Origin: Spirochaetia bacterium
Lineage (GTDB): Bacteria; Spirochaetota; Spirochaetia; SZUA-6; Bin103
Assembly: GCA_965199955.1 (NCBI GenBank)
Contig: CBDATQ010000002.1
Span: 1,344,001-1,408,000 of the forward strand
Length of the DNA: 64,000 nt
Reading direction: 5' to 3'
The notes below the pieces were generated by a model. The model saw only the letters and a list, made by a program, of their open reading frames with translations, made no database searches and was not told the origin of the DNA. Of the stretch, positions 50,729 through 60,292 are shown one piece after another. Every line of letters starts with the position of its first letter. Position 1 is the stretch's first letter. The position numbers and the translations under genes were made by a program.

Positions 50729-52962
50729 GGGACGGTCGCTGGCAGATGTTCCTTGCGCCCCGAAACCGTCGCCTGCGGCTCCGCTTTCGGCCCATCCCCA
50801 CCTTTCGCTACGGAGTCCGTCGGGTCTGCCGCTGACGCGCCAACCCCGACAGACTCCTTGAGGGTGTCGATCAGGTCGGCGCTGTCGTGGTGCCAGGCGG
50901 CTTCCGCGGCCTTGCCGTGCTCCCCCGTGGCGACGATGGCATCGAGCGAGAGGCGCAGGCCGCGAATGGCGTTCCCGTCGACACAGGCCAGCAACACGCC
51001 GTCCGCCGTCGCCGCCAGCGCGCACGGGCCGTTGCCGCCGGGCACGGCCAGGACGGTCTGCCGCCACGGCCCGTCGGGGCCGGACGTGCCCAGTACCACG
51101 CCCTCGCCGGTCGCCCACGCCGAGGTGTACAGGCGCGTGACGTTCAGGCTGGCGCGGTCGTGCCCGGTCAGCGTCAGGGACACGACGGCCGCTCCGGGCA
51201 CCGGTGGTTCCGGAAGCGCCGGCTCCGGGCGGGCGTCGCGGTTGCGGGCGGCGCCGTTGCTCCCGCCCCCGGCGCGCCACCTGACGCCGCCGTCCGCCGA
51301 CACCCAGCCGCGTTCGCCGACGTGCAGCACGACCTCCGGCGGATCGTCGGACTCCGTCACCTCGGTCGCCATGGCCGGCACCTGGTCGAATCCCTCGGTC
51401 CGGTTGCGTCCGCCGTCGTCCACGGCGAACGCCGGGTCGGCAGCGGCATCCGTCGGCACAACGGCGCCCAAATCCACGGCCGGGTGCCAGCGCTCCTCGT
51501 AGCGGCGCAGCACACTCAGCGAGCCGTCCGCGATGTACGCGATCAGGACCTCGCCGGTGGCCAATTCGGTGACCGCCAAGGAGGAAACGGGCGCTGCGGC
51601 GGCGCCCGTCTGCTGGTCATACCCGCGCCGGCGGCGCAGGTAGCTGTAGTACGGGGCCAGGTCCAGGCGCACGCCGGCGCGGCGCAGGCGCGCGCGCAGC
51701 TCAGGCACGTCGACCGCGTCGACCGACCGCGCGGGGGCCCCCATCGCGGCCGCGACGCCGGCGGCGAAGCCGGTCTGGGCACGGGTGCCCATGACCCGGA
51801 ACGAGCTGGTCGCCAGGTGGTCGCCGCCCAGGCAGCGGCCCGGCACCAGCAGGTTCGTCGCTCCCCGCGGCCGCATGGCGCGCAGCGGGATCTGGTGCGG
51901 CGGGCACTGCACGGTGACGCCGGTGCCGGCGCGCTGCACGACCGTGGGCCAGTGGTAGTCGGTGTGGTAGGAGCCCACCGCCACGCCGTCGGGAAAGTGG
52001 CGCCCGGCCAGGATGTCGTCGGCGGTCAACTGGTAGACCGCCTCCACTCGGCGGCCCTCGCGGATGCCGATGTGCGGCGCGACCCACGCCAGGCGGTGGT
52101 TGGGGTAGCGCGCTCCGCGGAAGCCCTGCGTCTGCAGGTAGTGGACGACGCCCATCATCTGTCTCCGCCCGGCCTGCTCGGCCGCCGACAGCGACGGTCC
52201 GTCGGTGCCGTCGTGGCCGATCACTTTCATCTTCACGGTCACGTGGTGGCCGTGCGGGATGACAGTGATCATCGGCACGTCCTCGTCGTCCCGGTACTCC
52301 GGGCAGCCCGGCGGCAGCACCGGCTCCACCTCCCGACCCGAGTCGACCAGGGTGAAGTAGAGGCTCATCGGCAGTTGCAGCCGGCCGGCCGACGCGTCGA
52401 CCGACGGCGGGTCGCTGGGCATCAGCACCGGTCCGCCCTTGCGGAACGGCCAGCCGCCGCGCGCCACCAGGTCGGCGTCGCCGGTGGCGTCCACGGCGAT
52501 CACCGGCTCGATGCGGGTCAGGCCGCTCTTGTTGGCAAGCACCACGGCCGCCACGCGGTCGCCTTCCCGGTCCACGCTCAATACCTGGGTGTGCAGCAGC
52601 AGCTCCACGCCCGCCTCGGCGAGCATCTCCTGCAGCACGAACTTGAGGCTCTCGCAGTCGAAGGGGCGCCCGTCGCCGTTGGGCCGGTACGCGGAGATGC
52701 CGCCGAAGGCGTCCAGCCGGCGCACCATCTCGCGCCAGCGGTCGTTGACCATGCGGGTCTCCCCGCAGAAGGAATGGACGCCGTCGGCGGTCCCCTGACC
52801 GCCGACGAAGCCGTGCTGCTCGACCAGCAGCACGCCCGCGCCGTGATCCGCCGCTCCGAGAGCCGCGTACACCCCCGCCACGCCGCCGCCGGCGACCAGC
52901 ACGTCCATCTGACGCCGATCGTGGAGCGGCAGCGTCACGCTGTCGTCAATCGAAGTGCGCAT
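50725..52962 (-). CDS. FAD-dependent oxidoreductase fused to a propeller-like C-terminal region; carries an in-frame palindromic insert
   Basis: VAGGGVAG, VDATGDAD, GIREGRR, PGRCL; C-term SADGGVRW-type box. Confidence 0.85.
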   Translation of the reverse strand: MRTSIDDSVTLPLHDRRQMDVLVAGGGVAGVYAALGAADHGAGVLLVEQHGFVGGQGTADGVHSFCGETRMVNDRWREMVRRLDAFGGISAYRPNGDGRPFDCESLKFVLQEMLAEAGVELLLHTQVLSVDREGDRVAAVVLANKSGLTRIEPVIAVDATGDADLVARGGWPFRKGGPVLMPSDPPSVDASAGRLQLPMSLYFTLVDSGREVEPVLPPGCPEYRDDEDVPMITVIPHGHHVTVKMKVIGHDGTDGPSLSAAEQAGRRQMMGVVHYLQTQGFRGARYPNHRLAWVAPHIGIREGRRVEAVYQLTADDILAGRHFPDGVAVGSYHTDYHWPTVVQRAGTGVTVQCPPHQIPLRAMRPRGATNLLVPGRCLGGDHLATSSFRVMGTRAQTGFAAGVAAAMGAPARSVDAVDVPELRARLRRAGVRLDLAPYYSYLRRRRGYDQQTGAAAAPVSSLAVTELATGEVLIAYIADGSLSVLRRYEERWHPAVDLGAVVPTDAAADPAFAVDDGGRNRTEGFDQVPAMATEVTESDDPPEVVLHVGERGWVSADGGVRWRAGGGSNGAARNRDARPEPALPEPPVPGAAVVSLTLTGHDRASLNVTRLYTSAWATGEGVVLGTSGPDGPWRQTVLAVPGGNGPCALAATADGVLLACVDGNAIRGLRLSLDAIVATGEHGKAAEAAWHHDSADLIDTLKESVGVGASAADPTDSVAKGGDGPKAEPQATVSGRKEHLPATVP
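50755..50856. repeat. 102-bp palindromic REP/MITE-like element, copy 2 (in-frame within a CDS)
   Basis: Matches 11400-11501; flanked by CTT direct repeat (extends to TCCTTG at 105-bp spacing). Confidence 0.85.
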
Positions 52963-53029
52963 CGATCCGAGTTTCTCATGCCGGAGCCTCGGATCGTCAA
53001 CGACGCGTGCGGGGCTGGATGCGAGAACT

Positions 53030-53411
53030 GACTTGTGCTGAATCCGATCGTGTTGAGCTCGCTGTCGGCGAGCTCGCCTTCGGAGCGGCCGCCATAGAAA
53101 CTCCTCCGCGTCCGCGACCCGGGACGGGTTGCTCAGTTCGTCGACGCGGGTGCCGTCGGGATAGTAGGTCACGACCATCGCCTCGCGCATCTGCGGTGGG
53201 AGCCGACGACGAAGCGCATCGCGCCCATCTCCTCCGTGCAGTCGACCAGCGGCGTCCACAAGCCTACCGCCCGGTCGGTGGCCACCGGCCAGTAGTACTG
53301 GTCTACTATGAATCCGTCCTGCCAGAACCGCGCTACCTGCTCTTCGGAGACGGCGTACTCGGAATCCAGCGGCGGCAGGTACTTCATCGAGGGCAACGCG
53401 CTGACCGGCAT
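53030..53411 (-). pseudogene. PhyH family dioxygenase, internally deleted
   Basis: EEQVARFWQDGFI | DQYYWP..MGAMRFVVGSH | REAMVVTYYPDG segments abutted. Confidence 0.7.
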
Positions 53412-53488
53412 GAAGGGCTGAGCCGGCGCGGATGGTCCCCCGCGCAGGCGATCCTGCTGCGGGGGACCGATCGCACGCGTCGCTCGCT

Positions 53489-55024
53489 CTAGCGGCTGTC
53501 CTGGTAGCGCTGCTCGGCGGCGTTGTGGATCTCCTCCAGGCGCATGCCCTCGGGCTTGATCTGTGCGACCAGCTCGTCCCATTCCGCCAGGCTCATGTCG
53601 CCCAGGATCACCTTGTCGATGGCGGCGTGTACGATCGTGTTCAGATCCGCCGTCAGGTTGGTGATCTGCTCACGCTCGTCCGCGTTGAACGGGGCCACCA
53701 CCTTCGGGTCGTCCCAGTTCCCGCTCGCCTCCATCTCCAGGTACCAGTTGATCTGGTACTCGGGCCAGTTCATCCGGTACAGGCGCATGTCGATGTAGGG
53801 CGTGAAGGCGCTGTAGGCGCCGGTGCCGACCTCGTTCATGAACTTGTCGATCAGGTAGGCGCCGGTCTCGCTGGTGTACTGGGCCCGCATCTCGTCCGTG
53901 AACTTGTAGTCGTCGCCGTCGCGCACCCAGTGCACGCCCTCGAGCCCGAACGCCTTCATCTCGGCGAACTCCGGGGTGTAGGCGTAGTTGAAGAAGCGGG
54001 CGATCGCGTCCTGGTTCTCCGTCTTCTGGCCGACGGCCCACATCTGGCTCCACACCTCTTCCTCGTAGAACAGCGAGCGGCGGTTGCCGGTGGAGTTGGC
54101 CAGCACCTCGGTCGGCGCCCACCAGGCGTCCGGATTGACCGGCACGATGGCGTCGTTGGCGCGCTTGCCGTAGGTCGGGTTGTCGTAGAAGAAGAAGCTC
54201 TTGCCGGCCGCCTGCTTCTCCCGCCACTGCGTGGTGGTCAGGGTGGCGAAATCCGGATCCAGGATGCCGTCCACGTAGGCGGTGTGCAGGTACTCCAGCA
54301 GTTCGCGGTACCGCGCCTGGATCGGGCCGTACGCCCAGCGCCCGCCGTCCAGGTCGGGGTCGTAGTACATGTCGCCGCCGGTGCCGAACGCGTAGGAGAC
54401 GTTGCGCACCAGGCTGCGCCCGCCGCCGCGCGTGGTCCACGTGTGGCTCTCGGGATACGCCGCCTTGATGGCGGTGAGCACGTCGTAGAGCTCGTCGAAG
54501 CTCTGCGGCTGCTCCAGCCCCAGGTCCTCGACGACGTCGGTGCGGATCACGCTGATGATGCCGCGGTGGAACTCGAAGTGCTTGGTGGTCGCGAACGCGT
54601 AGTACATGCCGTCGATGGCCGTCTTCTGCACGCGCTCGTTCCCCTCCAGGATGCGCTTGTAGTTGGGCACCATGGTGTCGATCATGTCGTTCAGCGCCAG
54701 GAACACTCCGGTGTCGCCGAACTCGTTCAGGTCGTTGCGGTGCACCCTGAGGATGTCCGGCACGTCGTCGGTGGCGATGAGCGTGCGCTTCTTGGCGTTG
54801 TAGTCGCCGCCGGCGATGGCGGTCAGGTCGAAGCGGATGTTCAGCTTCTCCTCGACGGCGTCGATCACGGCCGAGTCGACGTTGATCGGCGCGGTTCCGC
54901 GGTCCGACAGGACCACCGTGAGCACGGTGGGCTCCATGGACATGGCTTCTTCGGCCGCGGGAGCGGCGAACGCGCCGCCGGCGGCCAGCAGCCCCACGGC
55001 GCAGAGGATGGTCAGTCTCTTCAT
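53489..55024 (-). CDS. Carbohydrate ABC transporter extracellular solute-binding protein
   Basis: Signal peptide; DVPDI, IRTDVVEDLGLEQP, FGLEGVHW; downstream of two permeases. Confidence 0.9.
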   Translation of the reverse strand: MKRLTILCAVGLLAAGGAFAAPAAEEAMSMEPTVLTVVLSDRGTAPINVDSAVIDAVEEKLNIRFDLTAIAGGDYNAKKRTLIATDDVPDILRVHRNDLNEFGDTGVFLALNDMIDTMVPNYKRILEGNERVQKTAIDGMYYAFATTKHFEFHRGIISVIRTDVVEDLGLEQPQSFDELYDVLTAIKAAYPESHTWTTRGGGRSLVRNVSYAFGTGGDMYYDPDLDGGRWAYGPIQARYRELLEYLHTAYVDGILDPDFATLTTTQWREKQAAGKSFFFYDNPTYGKRANDAIVPVNPDAWWAPTEVLANSTGNRRSLFYEEEVWSQMWAVGQKTENQDAIARFFNYAYTPEFAEMKAFGLEGVHWVRDGDDYKFTDEMRAQYTSETGAYLIDKFMNEVGTGAYSAFTPYIDMRLYRMNWPEYQINWYLEMEASGNWDDPKVVAPFNADEREQITNLTADLNTIVHAAIDKVILGDMSLAEWDELVAQIKPEGMRLEEIHNAAEQRYQDSR

Positions 55025-55067
55025 CAGAGAACCTCCAGTTGAGTTGTCCGGCCGGCAGCGGCCGGGG

Positions 55068-55952
55068 TCAGCCTTTCAGGCTGCCGATCATCATACCCTT
55101 CACGAAGTAGCGCTGCAGGAACGGGTAGAGCAGCAGGATCGGCACCGTCGACACCATGATGATCGCGTACTTAACGGTGGTGTCGACGATGCGCTCGTCG
55201 TCCTGAAACTCGACCTGCATGTTGGCCACGTCGCCCTCGATCACCATGGCGCGCAGGATGAGCTGGATCGGGAACCGCTCCCGGTCGCTCAGGTAGATCA
55301 GCGCCGGGAAGAAGCTGTTCCAGTGCTGGACAGCGTAGAACAGCGTCATGGTCGCCAGGATCGGCGTGGAGATGGGCAGCACGACGCGCAGGAAGATCTG
55401 GATGTCGTTGGCACCGTCCAGGTACGCCGAGTCGTTGAGCTCCTCGGGGATGTTCTGGAAGAAGGTGCGCATGATGATCATGTAGTAGGTGACCACGGCG
55501 GTCGGCAGCACCAGCGCCCAGATGGTGTCCAGCATGCTCAGGCTACGCACCATCAGGTACAGCGGGATCAGGCCGCTCTTGAAGAACATGGTGGCGACCA
55601 CGAAGCCGGTCAGGAAGCGCCGGCCGTAGAAGAACTTCATCGCCAGCGGGTAGGCGCAGAGGGCGGACATGGACACGTTCACGGCGGTGCCCACGAACGT
55701 GTACCAGACGGTGTTGCGGAAGGAGCCGAGCACGTAGGGCGCTTCCAGCACGGCGCGGTACGACTCCAGGTTGAGGCCGACCGGCCACCAGTGCACCTCG
55801 CCGCGGATCACGGCGTGCCCGTGCGAGAGCGACACGATGCCCACGTAGTAGAGCGGGTAGAGGGTGACGAAGGCGAGTACCAGGAGCAGCAGCGTGTTGC
55901 AGACGTCGAACACGCGGTCGGCGGGCGTGGTGGCGCGCGCGATCCCTACCAC
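55068..55952 (-). CDS. Carbohydrate ABC transporter permease
   Basis: AYPLA, GLIPLY, IPEELNDSAYLDGAN, YPFLQRYFVKG. Confidence 0.92.
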   Translation of the reverse strand: MVGIARATTPADRVFDVCNTLLLLVLAFVTLYPLYYVGIVSLSHGHAVIRGEVHWWPVGLNLESYRAVLEAPYVLGSFRNTVWYTFVGTAVNVSMSALCAYPLAMKFFYGRRFLTGFVVATMFFKSGLIPLYLMVRSLSMLDTIWALVLPTAVVTYYMIIMRTFFQNIPEELNDSAYLDGANDIQIFLRVVLPISTPILATMTLFYAVQHWNSFFPALIYLSDRERFPIQLILRAMVIEGDVANMQVEFQDDERIVDTTVKYAIIMVSTVPILLLYPFLQRYFVKGMMIGSLKG

Positions 55953-56902
55953 AGGCTGGTCTCCCCGAGCGAGCGGCTGATGCGGTTGGCCGACACCACG
56001 AAGGCGATGCCGATCACGGACGTGAACAGCCCCACCGCGGTCGCATAGGAGAAGTCGGACTCGATCAGGCCGCGGCGGTAGACGTAGGTGGCGATGACGT
56101 CGGCGGTCTCGTAGGTGGCGCCGGTGTAGAGCAGGATGATCTTCTGGTAGCCGACCTCCATGATCCGCCCCAGGGCCAGGATGAACAGGATGACCACCGT
56201 CGGCAGGATCCCGGGCCAGGTCACGTGGCGGAGCTGCCGCCAGCGCCCGGCGCCGTCCAGGGAGGCGGCCTCGTAGAGCTGCGGATCGACGTTGGTCAGG
56301 GCCGCCAGGTAGATGATCGAGCCCCAGCCGACGTGCTGCCAGATGTCGCTGGCGATGTAGATGGGCCGGAACCACTCCGGGCGCACCAGGAAGGCTGTGC
56401 GCTGGAAGCCCAGGAAGGCCAGGAAGTTGTTCACCACACCCTCGGTGGAGACGAAGTTGACGATCATCCCGCAGATCACCACCAGCGAGATGAAGTGCGG
56501 CATGTACGTGATCGACTGGATCGCGCGCTTGAAGGCGATCGCGCGCACCTCGTTGAGCATCATCGCCAGGACGATCGGCGCCGGGAAGCCGACCGCCAAG
56601 CCGAGCACCTGGATCAGCACCGTGTTGCGCACGAGCGTCCAGAAGTAGGGGTCGGTCAGGTACTGCTCGAAGTGCTTGAAGCCGATGCCGGGGGCGGAGA
56701 GTATGGCGCTCAGCCCTCGGAACACCTTGATCTCCTTGAAGGCGATCAGCACCCCGTACATGGGCGCGTACTCGAACAGCACGTAGAACAGGAACGGCGC
56801 CGCGAACATCAGGTACAGGTACCGCGACCGGTGCAGCTTGCGACGGATCGACACGGACGGCACCGAGCGGACCCTGTCCGCTGTGCTGACGCTGTTGCCC
56901 AT
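55946..56902 (-). CDS. Carbohydrate ABC transporter permease (LplB-like)
   Basis: PMYGVLIAFK, MPHFIS, GWGSIIYLAAL, LYEAASLDGAG. Confidence 0.92.
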   Translation of the reverse strand: MGNSVSTADRVRSVPSVSIRRKLHRSRYLYLMFAAPFLFYVLFEYAPMYGVLIAFKEIKVFRGLSAILSAPGIGFKHFEQYLTDPYFWTLVRNTVLIQVLGLAVGFPAPIVLAMMLNEVRAIAFKRAIQSITYMPHFISLVVICGMIVNFVSTEGVVNNFLAFLGFQRTAFLVRPEWFRPIYIASDIWQHVGWGSIIYLAALTNVDPQLYEAASLDGAGRWRQLRHVTWPGILPTVVILFILALGRIMEVGYQKIILLYTGATYETADVIATYVYRRGLIESDFSYATAVGLFTSVIGIAFVVSANRISRSLGETSLW

Positions 56903-56979
56903 GGCTCGGCGGGAGTATAGCAAGGGGCCACTGGACCCGGACCGTCCGAAAACGGTCACATAGCGGGGGAGGCGACCGG

Positions 56980-57792
56980 ATGAGCAGTCTGACACTACGC
57001 GACCATCTCTGGCTCTGGGGCATGAAGGTGAATGTCCTGCAGGAGCTCGAGGCCTATCCGTTCCGGGAGGAGACCTCGACCCTGACCACCCAGCAGGCGA
57101 TCGAGCGGACGGGGATCCGCAACGTGCTCATCGCCGGCCACCTGCCGCTGACGAAGGAGACGATGACCGAGCTCCCCGCGGCCAGGCGCATCATAGCCAA
57201 GTGGGGGATGCACGAGATGGTGGACGGCAGGTTCCGGGTCGTCTACGAACGGGCTTTGAGCGCACTGCTGCAGGCCAAGGAGCTGGCCGCGGAGGACCCG
57301 CGCATCGAGTCGTTCCTGCTCGACGACTTCTCGACCGGCACCGTCGAGGGCGGCGTGACGCCGCAGCACCTGGCGGACCTGCAGTTCGAAAACGCAGCGC
57401 GCCCGCCGCAGTTGCCGCTGATGGCCACGTTCTACGAGATGTCGCTCGACGACGATCGGCAGCTTCCGCTGCTGCCGTACTTCGCGGGCTTCCTCAACCC
57501 GCTCTGGCACGCCGCGAACATCGAAGAGCAGAAGGGCTACGCCGTGCGCCTGGGCCGCCTGACCGGCAACAAGCCGCTCCTGATGTGCATCTACGTCTAC
57601 GACTTCGGCAACCAGCGGAAGCTGTCCTACGCCGGGATGCGCCGCCAGCTCGAGGTATGCGAGGAGATGATCCGCGAGCGGAGTGTCTACGGCGTCGTCA
57701 TCCTGGGCACCTGCATGCTCGACCTCGACTGGGAGTCGAACCGGGCCCTGTACGACTGGCTGGACGAGCGCGGCGGCGTGAAGATCGAGTGA
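56980..57792 (+). CDS. Hypothetical protein (copy 1)
   Basis: 270-aa ORF with SD GGAGG; LRDHLWLWG and FLLDDF motifs. Confidence 0.85.
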   Translation: MSSLTLRDHLWLWGMKVNVLQELEAYPFREETSTLTTQQAIERTGIRNVLIAGHLPLTKETMTELPAARRIIAKWGMHEMVDGRFRVVYERALSALLQAKELAAEDPRIESFLLDDFSTGTVEGGVTPQHLADLQFENAARPPQLPLMATFYEMSLDDDRQLPLLPYFAGFLNPLWHAANIEEQKGYAVRLGRLTGNKPLLMCIYVYDFGNQRKLSYAGMRRQLEVCEEMIRERSVYGVVILGTCMLDLDWESNRALYDWLDERGGVKIE

Positions 57793-57796
57793 CCGC

Positions 57797-58300
57797 TCAG
57801 ACGGGCTGGATCATCTCGTATTCGGCAAGGTCAGGATCGTTCGGATAGGGCTGAGTGCCTCCGGTGAACGCGAACCCCAGGGCCCGATAGAAGCCGATCG
57901 CGGAGTCGTTGTTGGACGTCACCGTCAGGCGCACATCGCGCACTCCCTTGGCGCGCGCCCAATCCCCGACGGTGTCGACCAGGTCACGGCCGACGCCGGC
58001 CCGCCGGTGCGTCGGCGCCACCCACATCGCCACCAGATGCGCCCGCACAGAGTCCTCGCGGTCCAGGAAGCAGCCGACCATGCCGCACGGCGCGCCGGCG
58101 TCCATCGCCAGGAACGACGCCGCGCGCTCGCCGTTCCACTCCTCGGCGCGCCGCCGCCAGTCGTCGTCGGTGAGCCGGGCAGTCTGGGCGTACGTGGATC
58201 CGAACGCGGTTGGAGCATCCTGCAGCGCGCGAAGCCGTACAGCCTTGAACACGAGCGCGTTCCGCCGGGTGATCGGTTCGATCGAGACCGTGCTGCCCAT
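57797..58300 (-). CDS. GNAT N-acetyltransferase
   Basis: RLRALQDAPTAFGS, MWVAPTHRRAGVG, NDSAIGFYRALGF. Confidence 0.9.
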   Translation of the reverse strand: MGSTVSIEPITRRNALVFKAVRLRALQDAPTAFGSTYAQTARLTDDDWRRRAEEWNGERAASFLAMDAGAPCGMVGCFLDREDSVRAHLVAMWVAPTHRRAGVGRDLVDTVGDWARAKGVRDVRLTVTSNNDSAIGFYRALGFAFTGGTQPYPNDPDLAEYEMIQPV

Positions 58301-58336
58301 TCGGGTACCATAGCAGTACACGATGGAGGCGACCCG

Positions 58337-59149
58337 ATGAGCAGTCTGACACTACGCGACCATCTCTGGCTCTGGGGCATGAAGGTGAATGTCCTGCAGG
58401 AGCTCGAGGCCTATCCGTTCCGGGAGGAGACCTCGACCCTGACCACCCAGCAGGCGATCGAGCGGACGGGGATCCGCAACGTGCTCATCGCCGGCCACCT
58501 GCCGCTGACGAAGGAGACGATGACCGAGCTCCCCGCGGCCAGGCGCATCATAGCCAAGTGGGGGATGCACGAGATGGTGGACGGCAGGTTCCGGGTCGTC
58601 TACGAACGGGCTTTGAGCGCACTGCTGCAGGCCAAGGAGCTGGCCGCGGAGGACCCGCGCATCGAGTCGTTCCTGCTCGACGACTTCTCGACCGGCACCG
58701 TCGAGGGCGGCGTGACGCCGCAGCACCTGGCGGACCTGCAGTTCGAAAACGCAGCGCGCCCGCCGCAGTTGCCGCTGATGGCCACGTTCTACGAGATGTC
58801 GCTCGACGACGATCGGCAGCTTCCGCTGCTGCCGTACTTCGCGGGCTTCCTCAACCCGCTCTGGCACGCCGCGAACATCGAAGAGCAGAAGGGCTACGCC
58901 GTGCGCCTGGGCCGCCTGACCGGCAACAAGCCGCTCCTGATGTGCATCTACGTCTACGACTTCGGCAACCAGCGGAAGCTGTCCTACGCCGGGATGCGCC
59001 GCCAGCTCGAGGTATGCGAGGAGATGATCCGCGAGCGGAGTGTCTACGGCGTCGTCATCCTGGGCACCTGCATGCTCGACCTCGACTGGGAGTCGAACCG
59101 GGCCCTGTACGACTGGCTGGACGAGCGCGGCGGCGTGAAGATCGAGTGA
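58337..59149 (+). CDS. Hypothetical protein (copy 2, identical to 56980-57792)
   Basis: Same 270-aa translation. Confidence 0.85.
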   Translation: MSSLTLRDHLWLWGMKVNVLQELEAYPFREETSTLTTQQAIERTGIRNVLIAGHLPLTKETMTELPAARRIIAKWGMHEMVDGRFRVVYERALSALLQAKELAAEDPRIESFLLDDFSTGTVEGGVTPQHLADLQFENAARPPQLPLMATFYEMSLDDDRQLPLLPYFAGFLNPLWHAANIEEQKGYAVRLGRLTGNKPLLMCIYVYDFGNQRKLSYAGMRRQLEVCEEMIRERSVYGVVILGTCMLDLDWESNRALYDWLDERGGVKIE

Positions 59150-59371
59150 CGGCCATCGCCGGCTGACACCGGCCCGTCCCCGGGCCGCGACTCGCGTATC
59201 TCTCCCGTCATCCAAGCAGTCGATCGTTCGCTCACGAACATCGGCGTAGTCCAGCACGCCCCCGAGCGGTAGGTCGATGACGTGGACCGAAGGCGACACC
59301 GAGGCAGCACCGATCCGCACGCAGCCAGGTGCCGCCCCACGTCCGACACAACCGAGGGAGGTGCCGACGCC

Positions 59372-60091
59372 ATGACACCCATCATTTCGTTCTTCCTTGT
59401 TCTCCGCTCGCTGCCGCAGGCGCGGGCCGGCGTACTGAGCGCCGCGGCGGCCGGCGTGAACCGGATCCGTGTGGGACTGGAAGGGTCATACGAGGTGGCC
59501 TTTGGCGGCGGCGCGCGGCTGACGCCTTCCATCGAGGTCGGCGTGCGGCGTGACGGAGGCGACGCGGAGACCGGCTTCGGGATGGACGTCGGCGGGGGCT
59601 TGAGCTTCACGCATCCGGGGATTGGCCTCTCGCTGGGGATGAAGGGGCGAGCGCTGGTGCTGCGCGAGACCGCCGACGTGGCGGAGTGGGGCGCGAGCGG
59701 CTGGCTGGCGTGGGACCCGAACCCGGGATCGGAGCTGGGACCGGCGCTGTCGGTGAGCCCGTCGATCGGCGCGAGCGCGGAAGGCGGAGCGGCGGCCCTG
59801 AGGAGCCGCGGGACGCTGGCCGGGCTGGACCGCGATCCGATAGACGTGAGCGGCACCGGACGCGTCGATGCCAGATTCGGCGACGGGCTGGGTCTGAGGG
59901 GAGGCGTGGGAACGCCGTGGGCCGGCATGGGACTCTCGGAGCGCGAACGGGAATACCGGCTGGGCTACGCGTTCCACGCCGGCGACCCGTCGGGCGCGGA
60001 CCTGCGGATCGAGCTGGTCGCCGCCCGCCGTGAGCCTGTCAACACCGAGCCCGAGCACACTCTCTCCGTCCAGTCGACGGTGAGCTGGTAG
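59372..60091 (+). pseudogene. Autotransporter-like beta-barrel C-terminal region, passenger absent
   Basis: RIRVGLEGS, LTPSIEVGVRRDGGDAETGFG, EWGASG, terminal W; SD GGGAGGT before ATG. Confidence 0.65.
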
Positions 60092-60199
60092 ACATACCGA
60101 GATCGAGAGCGACGCGCGGTCGCTCGCCGGCTGGTCCAACCGACGCCAGTCCGGCGAGCGGCCGCCGCGTCAACCTCGCGGAGAACCCGCCAACGGGAT

Positions 60200-60292
60200 A
60201 GGATGAATGCGGTCCTCTGCCACTTCGAAGAAGACGACGTGCCGCGCGTGATCAGATTGCATCTCGTCAGAGAGGAAGCCATCGCGGTATGA
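60200..60292 (+). pseudogene. HicB-like antitoxin C-terminal remnant
   Basis: AVLCHFEEDDVPRVIRLHLVREEAIAV*; ATGA overlap with hicA. Confidence 0.6.

Larger units (their letters stand above)
56968..59150 (+). repeat. Direct repeat of about 826 bp (56968-57793 and 58325-59150) flanking a GNAT gene
   Basis: Identical translations in several frames; one visible mismatch in the RBS spacer. Confidence 0.92.

Noticed and set aside
11400..50856. The two 102-bp repeats as CRISPR repeats, attC sites or ends of one 39-kb element
   Set aside because: No spacer array, cas genes, RYYYAAC/GTTRRRY cores or integrase; each copy has its own local flanks
56968..59150. Duplication as a composite transposon or DGR template/variable pair
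   Set aside because: The repeated gene has no transposase motifs, the copies show no adenine-specific differences, and no reverse transcriptase is present
59150..59350. Possible small gene between the duplicate and the barrel gene
   Set aside because: No frame gave a recognisable protein
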